A stretch of 64,000 nt of DNA, from positions 22,353-86,352 of the forward strand of contig CAYGRE010000002.1 of the NCBI GenBank assembly GCA_964352215.1. Direction: 5' to 3'. Below are positions 21,046 to 29,857 of this stretch, piece by piece. Numbering within the stretch: position 1 is the stretch's first letter; each line of letters opens with the position of its first letter. Source of the DNA: an uncultured Bacteroidia bacterium. GTDB lineage: Bacteria > Bacteroidota > Bacteroidia > J057 > JADKCL01. The position numbers were made by a program, and so were the translations under genes. The notes under the pieces were generated by a model. The model saw only the letters and a program-made list of their open reading frames with translations. It searched no databases and was not told where the DNA came from.

Positions 21046-21900
21046 TTACACCACTGCTTTCAAGGAGATGTCAAGGCTGTGCACCGAATGGGTCAGAGCT
21101 CCCATGGAAAGGAAATCTACACCTGACTCGGCCTTTTCCCGAATCGTTTCATAATTGATATTGCCAGAGGCTTCGGTCTCATACTTCCCTCCTATCAGGG
21201 CCACTGCCTCTTTCATCTCAGCCGAAGACATATTGTCCAGCATGATCCGGTGAATCCCTCCTACCCTCAAGACCTCCTTTACTTCCTCCAGGTTCCGGGT
21301 CTCGACTTCGATGCGCAAATCCAGCCCCTTTTCCTTCAGGTAAGTATGCACCCGGCGAATGGCTGCCTCGATCCCTCCGGCATAGTCATGGTGGTTGTCC
21401 TTGATCATGATCATATCATACAGGCCCATGCGGTGGTTTTCTCCCCCACCGATCTTCACCGCCCATTTCTCAATATGACGCACCAAAGGGGTCGTCTTGC
21501 GGGTATCGAGCAGTTTGCAGTCCAGCCCGTCCAAACGGGAAACCATCTTCGCAGTGAGGGTTGCAATCCCACTCATCCGCTGCATAAAGTTCAGCACCAA
21601 CCGCTCGGAGGTCAGGATAGACCGGGCCCTCCCCTCTACATAGAGTGCCACATCACCGTACTTAACCGGGCTTCCGTCCTCAATCAGGACTTCCACTTTC
21701 AAATCCGGATCAAAATGGTGGAATATCTTCTCTGCCAGGGCAATTCCGGCGATGATCCCATCATCCTTGATGAGGCAACGTGCCCGCCGTTGTGCGTCCG
21801 GTCCAATGGTAGACAGTGAGGTATGGTCACCATCACGTACATCTTCAAGAAAGGCAGCCGCAATGATGCGTTCAGTCTCTGGGTGATTCAAGAAATCCAT
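21046..21900 (-). CDS. nadC: Nicotinate-nucleotide pyrophosphorylase (carboxylating), i.e. quinolinate phosphoribosyltransferase.
   Basis: It is 284 aa and has the conserved QPRTase motifs (DVTS-like DGDHTSL, IKDNH, GGGENHRMGLYD, and the C-terminal TIM-barrel segment MLDNMS ... VDFLSMGALTHS). Confidence 0.9.
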   Translation of the reverse strand: MDFLNHPETERIIAAAFLEDVRDGDHTSLSTIGPDAQRRARCLIKDDGIIAGIALAEKIFHHFDPDLKVEVLIEDGSPVKYGDVALYVEGRARSILTSERLVLNFMQRMSGIATLTAKMVSRLDGLDCKLLDTRKTTPLVRHIEKWAVKIGGGENHRMGLYDMIMIKDNHHDYAGGIEAAIRRVHTYLKEKGLDLRIEVETRNLEEVKEVLRVGGIHRIMLDNMSSAEMKEAVALIGGKYETEASGNINYETIREKAESGVDFLSMGALTHSVHSLDISLKAVV

Positions 21901-21946
21901 TCCGCAAAGATAATAAAAGGGTCCGCAGCCTAAAGTATAGTTGAAG

Positions 21947-22065
21947 AACTTAATTAAGGAATTCCGCTAATTAAGTTTTTGGGCCAAAACTTAATTAACT
22001 ACCTTTGCTAGTAAAGAAAATGGCCAAATACTTAATTAGTGACTCCCACTAATTAAGCTTTGGCC
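21947..22065. promoter_or_regulatory. Cluster of perfect palindromes, candidate operator sites, upstream of the fic gene.
   Basis: There is a 31-bp palindrome aacttaatta-aggaattccgc-taattaagtt (21947-21977), a half-site acttaattaac (21989-21999), and a 45-bp palindrome tggccaaatacttaattagtg-actcc-cactaattaagctttggcc (22021-22065). Confidence 0.6.
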
Positions 22066-22116
22066 CTCTTTCTTTATCAAAGTAGAGGACATCAAAGGAA
22101 TTGATCCGGAGCAGCC

Positions 22117-23241
22117 ATGAAAAATTTCAAAGCAGGAGCCTATATCAACCAAGGAAGCTACAAGAGCTTCCAACCTGAGAAGATCAATCGTCAATGGCGT
22201 ATCGATGATGTAGAACTCATCACCTTGCTTGGAGTTGCAGAAAGGGCCTTGGGGAGACTGGACATGTATTCAGAGTACATTCCCAATATCGATCTCTGCA
22301 TCCGCATGCACGTTGCCAAAGAGGCCACCCAGTCCAGTAAAATAGAGGGTACCAAGACCAATATCGAAGAAGCTTTCCTGACCAAGGAGGACATCAATCG
22401 GGAAAACAGGGATGATTGGGAAGAGGTACAAAACTACATCGAAGCACTGAACTCGGCGATCAACAGCCTGGAAAAACTTCCCTTTTCATCCAGATTGATC
22501 AGGCAAACCCACCAGATACTGCTCCAGGGAGTCAGAGGAACCCAAAAGCTACCGGGGGAGTTTCGAAAAAGCCAAAACTGGATCGGTGGTGCAAGCATCA
22601 ATGATGCGCGATTTGTACCTCCCACCCACAATTCCATCCATGAACTCATGGGGGATCTGGAGAAGTTTGCCCATGACACTGATAACTTCTTTCCCAAATT
22701 GCTCAAGATCGCATTGATCCATTATCAATTTGAGACGATTCACCCCTTCCTGGATGGCAATGGTCGGGTTGGGCGGTTGATGATTACGTTGTTTCTCGTG
22801 GAAAATAATATCCTGAAAAAGCCGGTATTGTACCTCTCCGATTTCTTTGAGCGGAACCGGAGCTTGTACTATGACAATCTGACCCTGGTAAGAGAAAAGA
22901 ACGACCTGATTCAGTGGTGTAAATTCTTCCTGGTGGGCATCATTGAAACCGCAGAGAAAAGTTCCGCCACTTTTGATGGAATCCTGAAGCTGCAAAAAGA
23001 GGTTGAAGGGAAGATCCAGGCACTCGGAAGCCGCTCCGTCAATGCCCAATTGGTACTCGATTATCTGTTTCAAAATCCGGCGGTGGATGCTGCCAAGGTA
23101 AAAGAGTTGACCGGGCTCTCTTCTCCCTCAGTTTACAAACTGATCGGGGATCTGGAAGAAGCCAGAATCCTTGCCGAAGTGACAGGGGCAAAGAGGGGAA
23201 AGCTCTACTTCTTTGACGACTATATCAATCTGTTCCGATAA
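22117..23241 (+). CDS. Fic-family protein (AMPylation/Fido domain) with a C-terminal winged-helix domain.
   Basis: The canonical Fic motif HPFLDGNGRVGRLM is present, embedded in a typical roughly 370-aa Fic architecture. Confidence 0.9.
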   Translation: MKNFKAGAYINQGSYKSFQPEKINRQWRIDDVELITLLGVAERALGRLDMYSEYIPNIDLCIRMHVAKEATQSSKIEGTKTNIEEAFLTKEDINRENRDDWEEVQNYIEALNSAINSLEKLPFSSRLIRQTHQILLQGVRGTQKLPGEFRKSQNWIGGASINDARFVPPTHNSIHELMGDLEKFAHDTDNFFPKLLKIALIHYQFETIHPFLDGNGRVGRLMITLFLVENNILKKPVLYLSDFFERNRSLYYDNLTLVREKNDLIQWCKFFLVGIIETAEKSSATFDGILKLQKEVEGKIQALGSRSVNAQLVLDYLFQNPAVDAAKVKELTGLSSPSVYKLIGDLEEARILAEVTGAKRGKLYFFDDYINLFR

Positions 23242-23275
23242 TAAAAAAAGGGGCAAGATGCTATGTCCTTGCCCC
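23241..23275 (-). terminator. Rho-independent terminator, read on the minus strand, serving the 23319-23732 gene. It may also act weakly in both directions.
   Basis: An 8-bp stem ggggcaag/cttgcccc is followed on the minus strand by a run of about 9 T (the plus strand has an A-run before the stem). Confidence 0.6.
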
Positions 23276-23318
23276 CTAACCTTACCCGGTTATCGCTGTG
23301 GTGGTTTATATATGAGTA

Positions 23319-23732
23319 TCAGTTCTCAAATCTTATCTGAGTGATCAGGAACTTATCCCCGAATTTCTTCAGGAAGACCGTGGTATCAAATTCACCTTTC
23401 CCAGTGGTCAGTAGTCCTGTGGAATAATGGGTGATCCCGGACTGTCCTGAATGATTCAAGGTGAAATCTTTTACGCCTTGATCGGCAAAGAAGTCCTTGA
23501 TGACAAACGTGGCTTGCTTGTCTGAGAAGGATTCGTCCGAAGCAGGCACGGTAACGTCCACTGATGTATTGAAATATGTACTCAATGTGGCAGCATCTCC
23601 AGCCTTGATGGCCTTGCTGATCGCAGCCAATTCCGCCTTAGGTTGCTGGGCCTGGGCCTGCACTTCGGTACTTATGCCCAAAAAGAGGACGAGACCGAGG
23701 ATGAGCGCTGAGATATATGTAAATTTTTTCAT
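23319..23732 (-). CDS. Small secreted hypothetical protein, possibly DUF4783-like.
   Basis: The start was set at MKKFTYISALILGLVLFLGIST (signal peptide). It is about 137 aa. The DUF4783 assignment is a weak recollection. Confidence 0.45.
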   Translation of the reverse strand: MKKFTYISALILGLVLFLGISTEVQAQAQQPKAELAAISKAIKAGDAATLSTYFNTSVDVTVPASDESFSDKQATFVIKDFFADQGVKDFTLNHSGQSGITHYSTGLLTTGKGEFDTTVFLKKFGDKFLITQIRFEN

Positions 23733-23929
23733 GGTGTCTACGATTGTTTTGCCTGTACCACTGCACAGACCGTGCCAGAAACTAAAGCTAGCCAAAAAAC
23801 CTGTTTAGCTCAAACCCAATGCTGAAGAGGGCGGTTTGTGATCCCCCAATGCCCAGCAAAAATCTCCATTCCAAACACCTGTCGGATATAATAGACGGAG
23901 ATGGAGTGTTTTCAATCCGGTAGCAATTC

Positions 23930-24025
23930 CCTGGTGCTTGATCAACTTGAAAGTCAATTGCCGGGCGTGTCCCACCGGGTCTCCCAAGCCTAGTGCTTGA
24001 TCAACTTGAAAGTCAATTGCCGGGC
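23930..24025. repeat. 33-37 bp direct repeat with 59-bp period that duplicates the last 11 codons of the M43 protease gene.
   Basis: gtgcttgatcaacttgaaagtcaattgccgggc occurs at 23934-23966 and again at 23993-24025. The second copy encodes the C-terminal ARQLTFKLIKH. Confidence 0.9.
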
Positions 24026-26488
24026 TGGAGAAACAATCCTCAAGAAGTACATGCCGGCGGGGACCTTGCCCATGTCAAAAGCCCTCACCCCCGCTACCTC
24101 TGAGCTTGTCTCCTGAAATCCGAACACTTCTTTTCCAGTGATATCCACCAGCATCAGGCTTGAGGTCTCCCAATCAATGGAACCACTGATGTAAGTCATG
24201 TCCACGAAGGGATTGGGGAATACCCTGACCGGCTCCTCCTGGACACTGACCCTGACCTGGTTGGACAAATGCAATCCTCCGTTGATGTCCCGGGCAAGGA
24301 CCCGGTAAGTCTGCCAGCCACTCCCCGGATTCGTATCCGAAAAAGCAAGGGCAGGATTTCGGTTTCCGGTAACCTGGACTTCACCTAAAGCCTGATACTC
24401 CTGACCAACTAATTTTTGTATTTCAAACCGCTCAGTGGGTACATCGGCTGCATAGGACCAACTCAATTCGATTGCCCCTTCGCCGGCAACTCCTTCCAAC
24501 TGGAAGTCCTGGACTCCCAGAGGACTGGTGGCATTGAGGTTGATATTGTCCACGTAGAGGACATTTCCCCAACCCGGAATATTTCTGAATGCCAACATCA
24601 CGCTGGGAGCTCCATTGAGTCCGGCCGCGGTAAGGCTGACGGTTTCGGTTCGCCATTGGGCCGCACTGGGGATAAAAAGTGAGGTATTGTCTGGGGCTGT
24701 CGCCAGCGTGGTGCCGGTCTTGGAGAAAACCTGGGTCCAGGTGGCGCCACAATCGGTGGAGTAGTAGACTTCCAGCCCATCGAAATTGCCCGCGTTGTAC
24801 CGGGCGTAAGCGACATCAAAGGAAAGCAGGATACTGGTCTGACCCGTAAAATCGAGGATATTGGTCCGCAATTCATCTACGGTTCCGATCTCGTTCCGGT
24901 TGAAGTTGTCAAACAGCATAGAGGCTGAGCTGGCTCCGAAACCACCTACGGCAGTGTTGCGCTCCCAGGTATAATCCGCGTCGGGATTGTAAAGGCTGAA
25001 ATTCGAGGGTGGAAAAGTTCCACCCTCGAATCCTTCGAACAAGGGGTAGGTGTTGAAGGCAGCGTTGTAATCAAATTCGATGCAGGTGCCATCGTTTTCA
25101 GCGTACCCATCTACCGCCCCATTGGGGAGTGAGGTATAGGCGAAAAGCAGGTGGGTTCCCAGAGGGGTAGCCACTGGATTGAGGGTAACGGTTTGGGTGG
25201 CACCAGGTGCCAGGTTTCCTACCCAGGCGAAGGTCTGTACCAGCGTACTGTTGAGCTCCAGTTGAATATTGCAACTGGTCAGGTTGGCAGTACCAGTATT
25301 GGAAAGGACCACTTCCGGGGTAAAGGGAGAGGCACAGATATCGTCTACCGGGTAGTTGATGGCTGTTATTCCAGCGTCATTGGGCGAAAATGGAATGAGC
25401 GCGGGTGAGGTCAGCAGGCTGGCCCGTCCGGCAAGGATGGAGGCATGCATCCGGTCACCTTGACCGACGGTAAAGGCTTCCCAGCACCCTGCCGTATAGT
25501 CCATATAATTCTCAAGGTCATCCGTCTGGTCTCCGAGGCCACCGTTGGCGACCGGACGGAATGGATTGTTGATACTCAGATCTGCTTCATCTGCATTGCA
25601 GGCATTCGAAGGAGCGACACAGGTTCCACCACTGTAACCGGGACTCGTCTTAGGTGGGGTGTCACAAACACCGTCTCCGTCAACGGTACAGTCATTGTTG
25701 ACACAACCTCCCTGGAAGGTATGCCGCACACCAAAATAATGGCCACCTTCATGGGCGACCAGGCCGGACCAATAGGAACCAGCGCGAAAGACCGCTCCAT
25801 CGTAATTCTGACCATGGGCAGAGGGGTAATAAGCAAAGCCTCCCACCCCGTTGCCAGCGGGGCAACTCCCCGCATCACAGATCGTCTCAACGACAAAGAG
25901 GTTGAAGTAATCAGTGGAAGGCCAGCCAAAGGCGATCTGGGTATTGTCGGTCCCGTAAACGTTTTCGGCATTGATATCATCGGAGTGGCGAATGATCCCA
26001 TTGGTAGGATTGCCGGATGGATCCCGAAAAGCCAGTACCAATTCAATATTGACATCCACGCCGCTGTAAGGATTGTTGAAAGTCAATCCCGAATTGTGGC
26101 GTAATCGATCGTTCAACAGGTTAATCGAGTTGATGACATCCGCATCGGTCAGGTTGGCCCCGGTTCCCAAAGCACTGGTGGTATAATGGCAGAGATGGAC
26201 CACGACCGGAACCCGGAAGGTTGTACTGGCTCCCACACAGGCAGTTGAACTCCTGGCTTGGTTAAGTTCCACCCCTTGAAGCATCATTTCCCGGACCTTC
26301 TTATCGAGCGCCTTCTGGGTCGCCTCAAAGGCGGGATCATTCATCCGGGCTTCGTGAAGTTCTTCGGTTCCACAGCCTCCTGGACGCGTGATCTCAGGTG
26401 ATTGTCCATAAACGGCTGGGTGGACGAGCATCAAGGGAACAAGGATCAAAAAATAAAGCAGGAGGTCGAGTTTCCAGGACTGTTTCAT
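23990..26488 (-). CDS. Secreted zinc metalloprotease of the M43 (cytophagalysin/pappalysin-like) family with a T9SS type-A C-terminal sorting domain.
   Basis: The start was set at MKQSWKLDLLLYFLILVPLMLVHPAVYGQ (signal peptide). The zinc site is VAHEGGHYFGVRHTF (HExxHxxGxxH). The C-terminus VFPNPFVDMTYISG ... AGMYFLRIVS ... KLIKH is a Por secretion tail. Confidence 0.8.
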   Translation of the reverse strand: MKQSWKLDLLLYFLILVPLMLVHPAVYGQSPEITRPGGCGTEELHEARMNDPAFEATQKALDKKVREMMLQGVELNQARSSTACVGASTTFRVPVVVHLCHYTTSALGTGANLTDADVINSINLLNDRLRHNSGLTFNNPYSGVDVNIELVLAFRDPSGNPTNGIIRHSDDINAENVYGTDNTQIAFGWPSTDYFNLFVVETICDAGSCPAGNGVGGFAYYPSAHGQNYDGAVFRAGSYWSGLVAHEGGHYFGVRHTFQGGCVNNDCTVDGDGVCDTPPKTSPGYSGGTCVAPSNACNADEADLSINNPFRPVANGGLGDQTDDLENYMDYTAGCWEAFTVGQGDRMHASILAGRASLLTSPALIPFSPNDAGITAINYPVDDICASPFTPEVVLSNTGTANLTSCNIQLELNSTLVQTFAWVGNLAPGATQTVTLNPVATPLGTHLLFAYTSLPNGAVDGYAENDGTCIEFDYNAAFNTYPLFEGFEGGTFPPSNFSLYNPDADYTWERNTAVGGFGASSASMLFDNFNRNEIGTVDELRTNILDFTGQTSILLSFDVAYARYNAGNFDGLEVYYSTDCGATWTQVFSKTGTTLATAPDNTSLFIPSAAQWRTETVSLTAAGLNGAPSVMLAFRNIPGWGNVLYVDNINLNATSPLGVQDFQLEGVAGEGAIELSWSYAADVPTERFEIQKLVGQEYQALGEVQVTGNRNPALAFSDTNPGSGWQTYRVLARDINGGLHLSNQVRVSVQEEPVRVFPNPFVDMTYISGSIDWETSSLMLVDITGKEVFGFQETSSEVAGVRAFDMGKVPAGMYFLRIVSPARQLTFKLIKH

Positions 26489-26564
26489 AAATCGGGTTAA
26501 TGAAAAGGTTGGTCGTTGATTGATGGCACAATATATGAAATTCAATTCTGAAACCTCAATTGGA

Positions 26565-27194
26565 TCAGCTTTGTCGTCCAGAAAAGGCGACAACGCGCTT
26601 ATGGATAACTGCCAACCAAAAGCCAACCGTAAAACTCATGGCCACCGAGCCCCATTCTGCCCAGGACCATTTGGCATCGCTTTGCAAGTAAATGATGTCC
26701 AGGGCAGCAGAAAGGATACAGAAAAATATGAGGATCTTGTCGATCCGGGGGTGCCGGAAGGCCACGTAGACTCCGAGCAGCATCAGGACCACATCCAGAC
26801 CGAAGTAAATTCCTCCCAAAATTTTATGGGTTAAATGGTGGTCTCCGTTAAAGACAGCAATCCCGAACAGACAGGCAGAAGCGGTGTACCCCAGCGTGGT
26901 CATCAGGGAAACTCCACGGTCCAGATTGCGGTCACCCGTTTTCCAGATATAAAGAGAGCGGTAAAAACCCAGCATCAGGATGGCTGATCCAGCAGTACCA
27001 AGGAAAGAATAGATATAGCCATTGGGGTTCCAGGTGGGCCGGCCCAGGCGGCTGATATTATTGGAAACAATGCTGTATTCGTGGTCGTACTGAAGCCAGG
27101 CCAGGTACAGAAAGGTGTACAGTACAACTGCAGCCAGAAAGATCACATAGGGAGAGGTGAAAAACTTCTTCACACCATAACTTCTAAATGCCAT
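26565..27194 (-). CDS. Hypothetical integral membrane protein.
   Basis: It has about 5-6 hydrophobic helices. There is no recognisable catalytic motif. Confidence 0.5.
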   Translation of the reverse strand: MAFRSYGVKKFFTSPYVIFLAAVVLYTFLYLAWLQYDHEYSIVSNNISRLGRPTWNPNGYIYSFLGTAGSAILMLGFYRSLYIWKTGDRNLDRGVSLMTTLGYTASACLFGIAVFNGDHHLTHKILGGIYFGLDVVLMLLGVYVAFRHPRIDKILIFFCILSAALDIIYLQSDAKWSWAEWGSVAMSFTVGFWLAVIHKRVVAFSGRQS

Positions 27195-27231
27195 CAGGCA
27201 ATACCAGGTTCAGTGAAGCCGGGAGACGTTC

Positions 27232-27852
27232 TTATTTCAGGCGGATATCTTCGTGGTCATTCACCCAATCGTCATCCTCTTTACCCAACCTGAGCCGGAT
27301 CACCAACCCTACGGTCAGGGTATGGGCGGTCAAACCACCAATGGTGTACTTGTATTCAGCAAAAGGGCCCAATTGTTCGGGAAACAGGTGAAAACCACCT
27401 CCGATATTGACTCCAAAAATACCTTCTTTGAGGGGGTCCGTGGTAGGCTCACCATCCACAACCACCCCATCTTCCAACAGGTATTCATTGGTCAGATTGA
27501 GACCTACCAATGGGTAGAGGGTAGCCACCTTTCCCAGGTGAATATCAATGTGGGCATTGAGGTCAAGCGTCCAGAGACGGCGACGGGAAAACTCCGTGAC
27601 ATTGTCTCCATCAGAATCTCCTTCATAAACGAGGGGCTTGAAGTAGGAAAACTCAGGACCGATGGACAACCACTTAGGAAATTGATAAGCAACCCTAAAT
27701 GAGATCCCTTCCAATCCTTCTTCCTGAAGCAATGCGAGGCGCTCTTCGTTTCGGAAAGTGATCCCAGGTGCCACCAGAATCGACTGGGCCTGCGCAACTC
27801 CGAATCCTACAAGAAAAGCGGTTAATACCAGTGTGAGTAGTTGTCTCTTCAT
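27232..27852 (-). CDS. Small outer-membrane beta-barrel (porin-family, OmpW/OmpA-TM-like) protein.
   Basis: The signal peptide is MKRQLLTLVLTAFLVGFGVAQAQ. The rest shows the alternating amphipathic beta-strand pattern with aromatic girdle residues. Confidence 0.6.
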   Translation of the reverse strand: MKRQLLTLVLTAFLVGFGVAQAQSILVAPGITFRNEERLALLQEEGLEGISFRVAYQFPKWLSIGPEFSYFKPLVYEGDSDGDNVTEFSRRRLWTLDLNAHIDIHLGKVATLYPLVGLNLTNEYLLEDGVVVDGEPTTDPLKEGIFGVNIGGGFHLFPEQLGPFAEYKYTIGGLTAHTLTVGLVIRLRLGKEDDDWVNDHEDIRLK

Positions 27853-27859
27853 TTCATCG

Positions 27860-29497
27860 TCAATCTAACTGCAATATACCTGCATAAGAAATCCCTGTCA
27901 ACCTGTGAATATCCCAATTCCAGGTGGTTAAGTCATCGGCATTGAATTTATTGACATCATTATAGCCACAAGCCCTTGCAATGACCCTAATGAGGTCATT
28001 GGAGGCGGTAAGAAAATTGTACAGTTGGCGTGAACTTTTGAGAATTTCCAGGCGGGCACGAAGGTGATCTTTCATAGTAGCAATGCCTACGGGGCAATTA
28101 TTGGTATTACAGGCCCGCATCCCGAGGCAGCCAATGGCTTGCAGTGCTGAGTTAGAAACCGCAATTGCATCTGCCCCCAACATCAGGGCTTTGGCAAAAT
28201 CAGCCGGGGTCCGGAGGCCTCCGGTCACCACCAGGCTCACACCTTTGGCCCCGACCTTGTCGAGGTGACGTCTGGCCCGCGCCAAGGCCGGAATGGTCGG
28301 AACATTGATATTGTCCCGCAATATGGTCGGTGCAGCCCCGGTTCCCCCTCCCCGACCATCAAGAATGATATAATCCGCACCTGCTTCCAAAGCAAAGTCG
28401 ATGTCTGCTTCCACCCGGCTGGCAGCCAGTTTAAAGCCCACCGGAATCCCCCCGGTCAAGGTCCTTACCTCCTGGGCAAAGGCGGCAAAATCTGCAGGCG
28501 TACGGAATTCCTCAAAGGTAGCCGGACTGATCGCAGCCTCTCCTTCGGGAAGATTGCGGACCTTCGCGATTTCGCCAACAACCTTTTCCGCAGGCAAATG
28601 CCCTCCGGTTCCCGTCTTTGCTCCCTGCCCGCCTTTAAAATGAAAAGCCTGGGCCTTCTTCACTTTGTCCCAACTAAAGCCAAACTTTGCCGAAGCCAAC
28701 TCATAAAAATAGCGGCTATTGTTCTCCTGTTCTTCCGGCAACATCCCCCCTTCCCCTGAACAAATCCCTGTTCCAGCCATTTCAGCTCCCTTGGACAGCG
28801 AAATCTTTGCTTCCCGGCTCAGGGCGCCAAAAGACATATCAGAAACGAAGATCGGCATCTCCAGTTCCAAGGGCCGCGCTGCATTCGGACCAATCACCAC
28901 CTTGGTATGGACCTCCTCATGATCCAACAATGGACGCCGCGCCAATTGCGCCGGCAGGAATTGAATATTTTCCCACTTGGGAAGGGTATTCCGGTCGACC
29001 CCCATCGCAGCGGAAGGTCCGTGATGACCGGTCTTGCTGAGACCATTTCGGGCCAGATCCTGAATGTACCGGGTATGGGGCTCGGTATCTTCAGGATGGG
29101 TGTCTGCATAGTCGCCAAGGTACTGGTCCCGGTCAAAGGGCTGCGGATGGGCAACATGAAAAGCACGGATTTCAGCAGCATCTACATACAGACCTCCCTC
29201 ATGCACTCCCCCCTTGAACTTGTGCAAGGCCTCATCATTGTTGTATTCAGAGACACCCGTATCGTAGCGATAATCCCAGTGGTGAACCCCGCACATCAGA
29301 TTGTGCCCATCTATATAACCATCGGACAACAAGGCCCCCCGGTGGTGACAACGACCGTACAATACCGAGACATCCTCTCCAAAACGGACGATGACGAGGT
29401 CGACATTTTCAACCAGGGCATGAGCGGGAGCGAGGTCCTCCAGCGTTGTCCAATCAGCAATCTTCTGAGGTTCAGCCAGTTTCGAATACGGGGTCAT
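27860..29497 (-). CDS. Rieske [2Fe-2S] domain fused to an FMN-binding glutamate-synthase-like (GltB domain-2 family) oxidoreductase.
   Basis: The N-terminus has the Rieske ligands GRCHHRGALLS ... LMCGVHHWDY (CxH ... CxxH). The C-terminal 440 aa match the glutamate synthase FMN/Fe-S TIM-barrel (ALSREAKISL ... SGEGG ... GGTGAAP ... VVTGGLRTPADFAKALMLGADA). Confidence 0.8.
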   Translation of the reverse strand: MTPYSKLAEPQKIADWTTLEDLAPAHALVENVDLVIVRFGEDVSVLYGRCHHRGALLSDGYIDGHNLMCGVHHWDYRYDTGVSEYNNDEALHKFKGGVHEGGLYVDAAEIRAFHVAHPQPFDRDQYLGDYADTHPEDTEPHTRYIQDLARNGLSKTGHHGPSAAMGVDRNTLPKWENIQFLPAQLARRPLLDHEEVHTKVVIGPNAARPLELEMPIFVSDMSFGALSREAKISLSKGAEMAGTGICSGEGGMLPEEQENNSRYFYELASAKFGFSWDKVKKAQAFHFKGGQGAKTGTGGHLPAEKVVGEIAKVRNLPEGEAAISPATFEEFRTPADFAAFAQEVRTLTGGIPVGFKLAASRVEADIDFALEAGADYIILDGRGGGTGAAPTILRDNINVPTIPALARARRHLDKVGAKGVSLVVTGGLRTPADFAKALMLGADAIAVSNSALQAIGCLGMRACNTNNCPVGIATMKDHLRARLEILKSSRQLYNFLTASNDLIRVIARACGYNDVNKFNADDLTTWNWDIHRLTGISYAGILQLD

Positions 29498-29857
29498 AAA
29501 GGAGAGAAGTATTTTAATGAAAATGATAGTAATACTATAACCTTGCGGAGTATTCCTACGTAAGTATAATCAAACACAAAGAACACCAATTTAGTGAATA
29601 TGATATAAACCGCTACCCAAAACACAAGCCCAACTCGCTAACCGTCCAGAGTCTGACCTCTGGACGGACAACAAACCCAGCAGCGAACATTTAACCAACC
29701 AACTTACTTACCCCACGAAACAATGATCCGGACCGGGTATTCAATCCCGGCTCCGGTTCTGAGTTACTCTTACCTGAATTCTTACCATCGTCATTGTGAA
29801 ATGATTTTTTTCCCACAGGGAATGAATCTATTTTTGTGCCAATGCGGCATTAGACCC

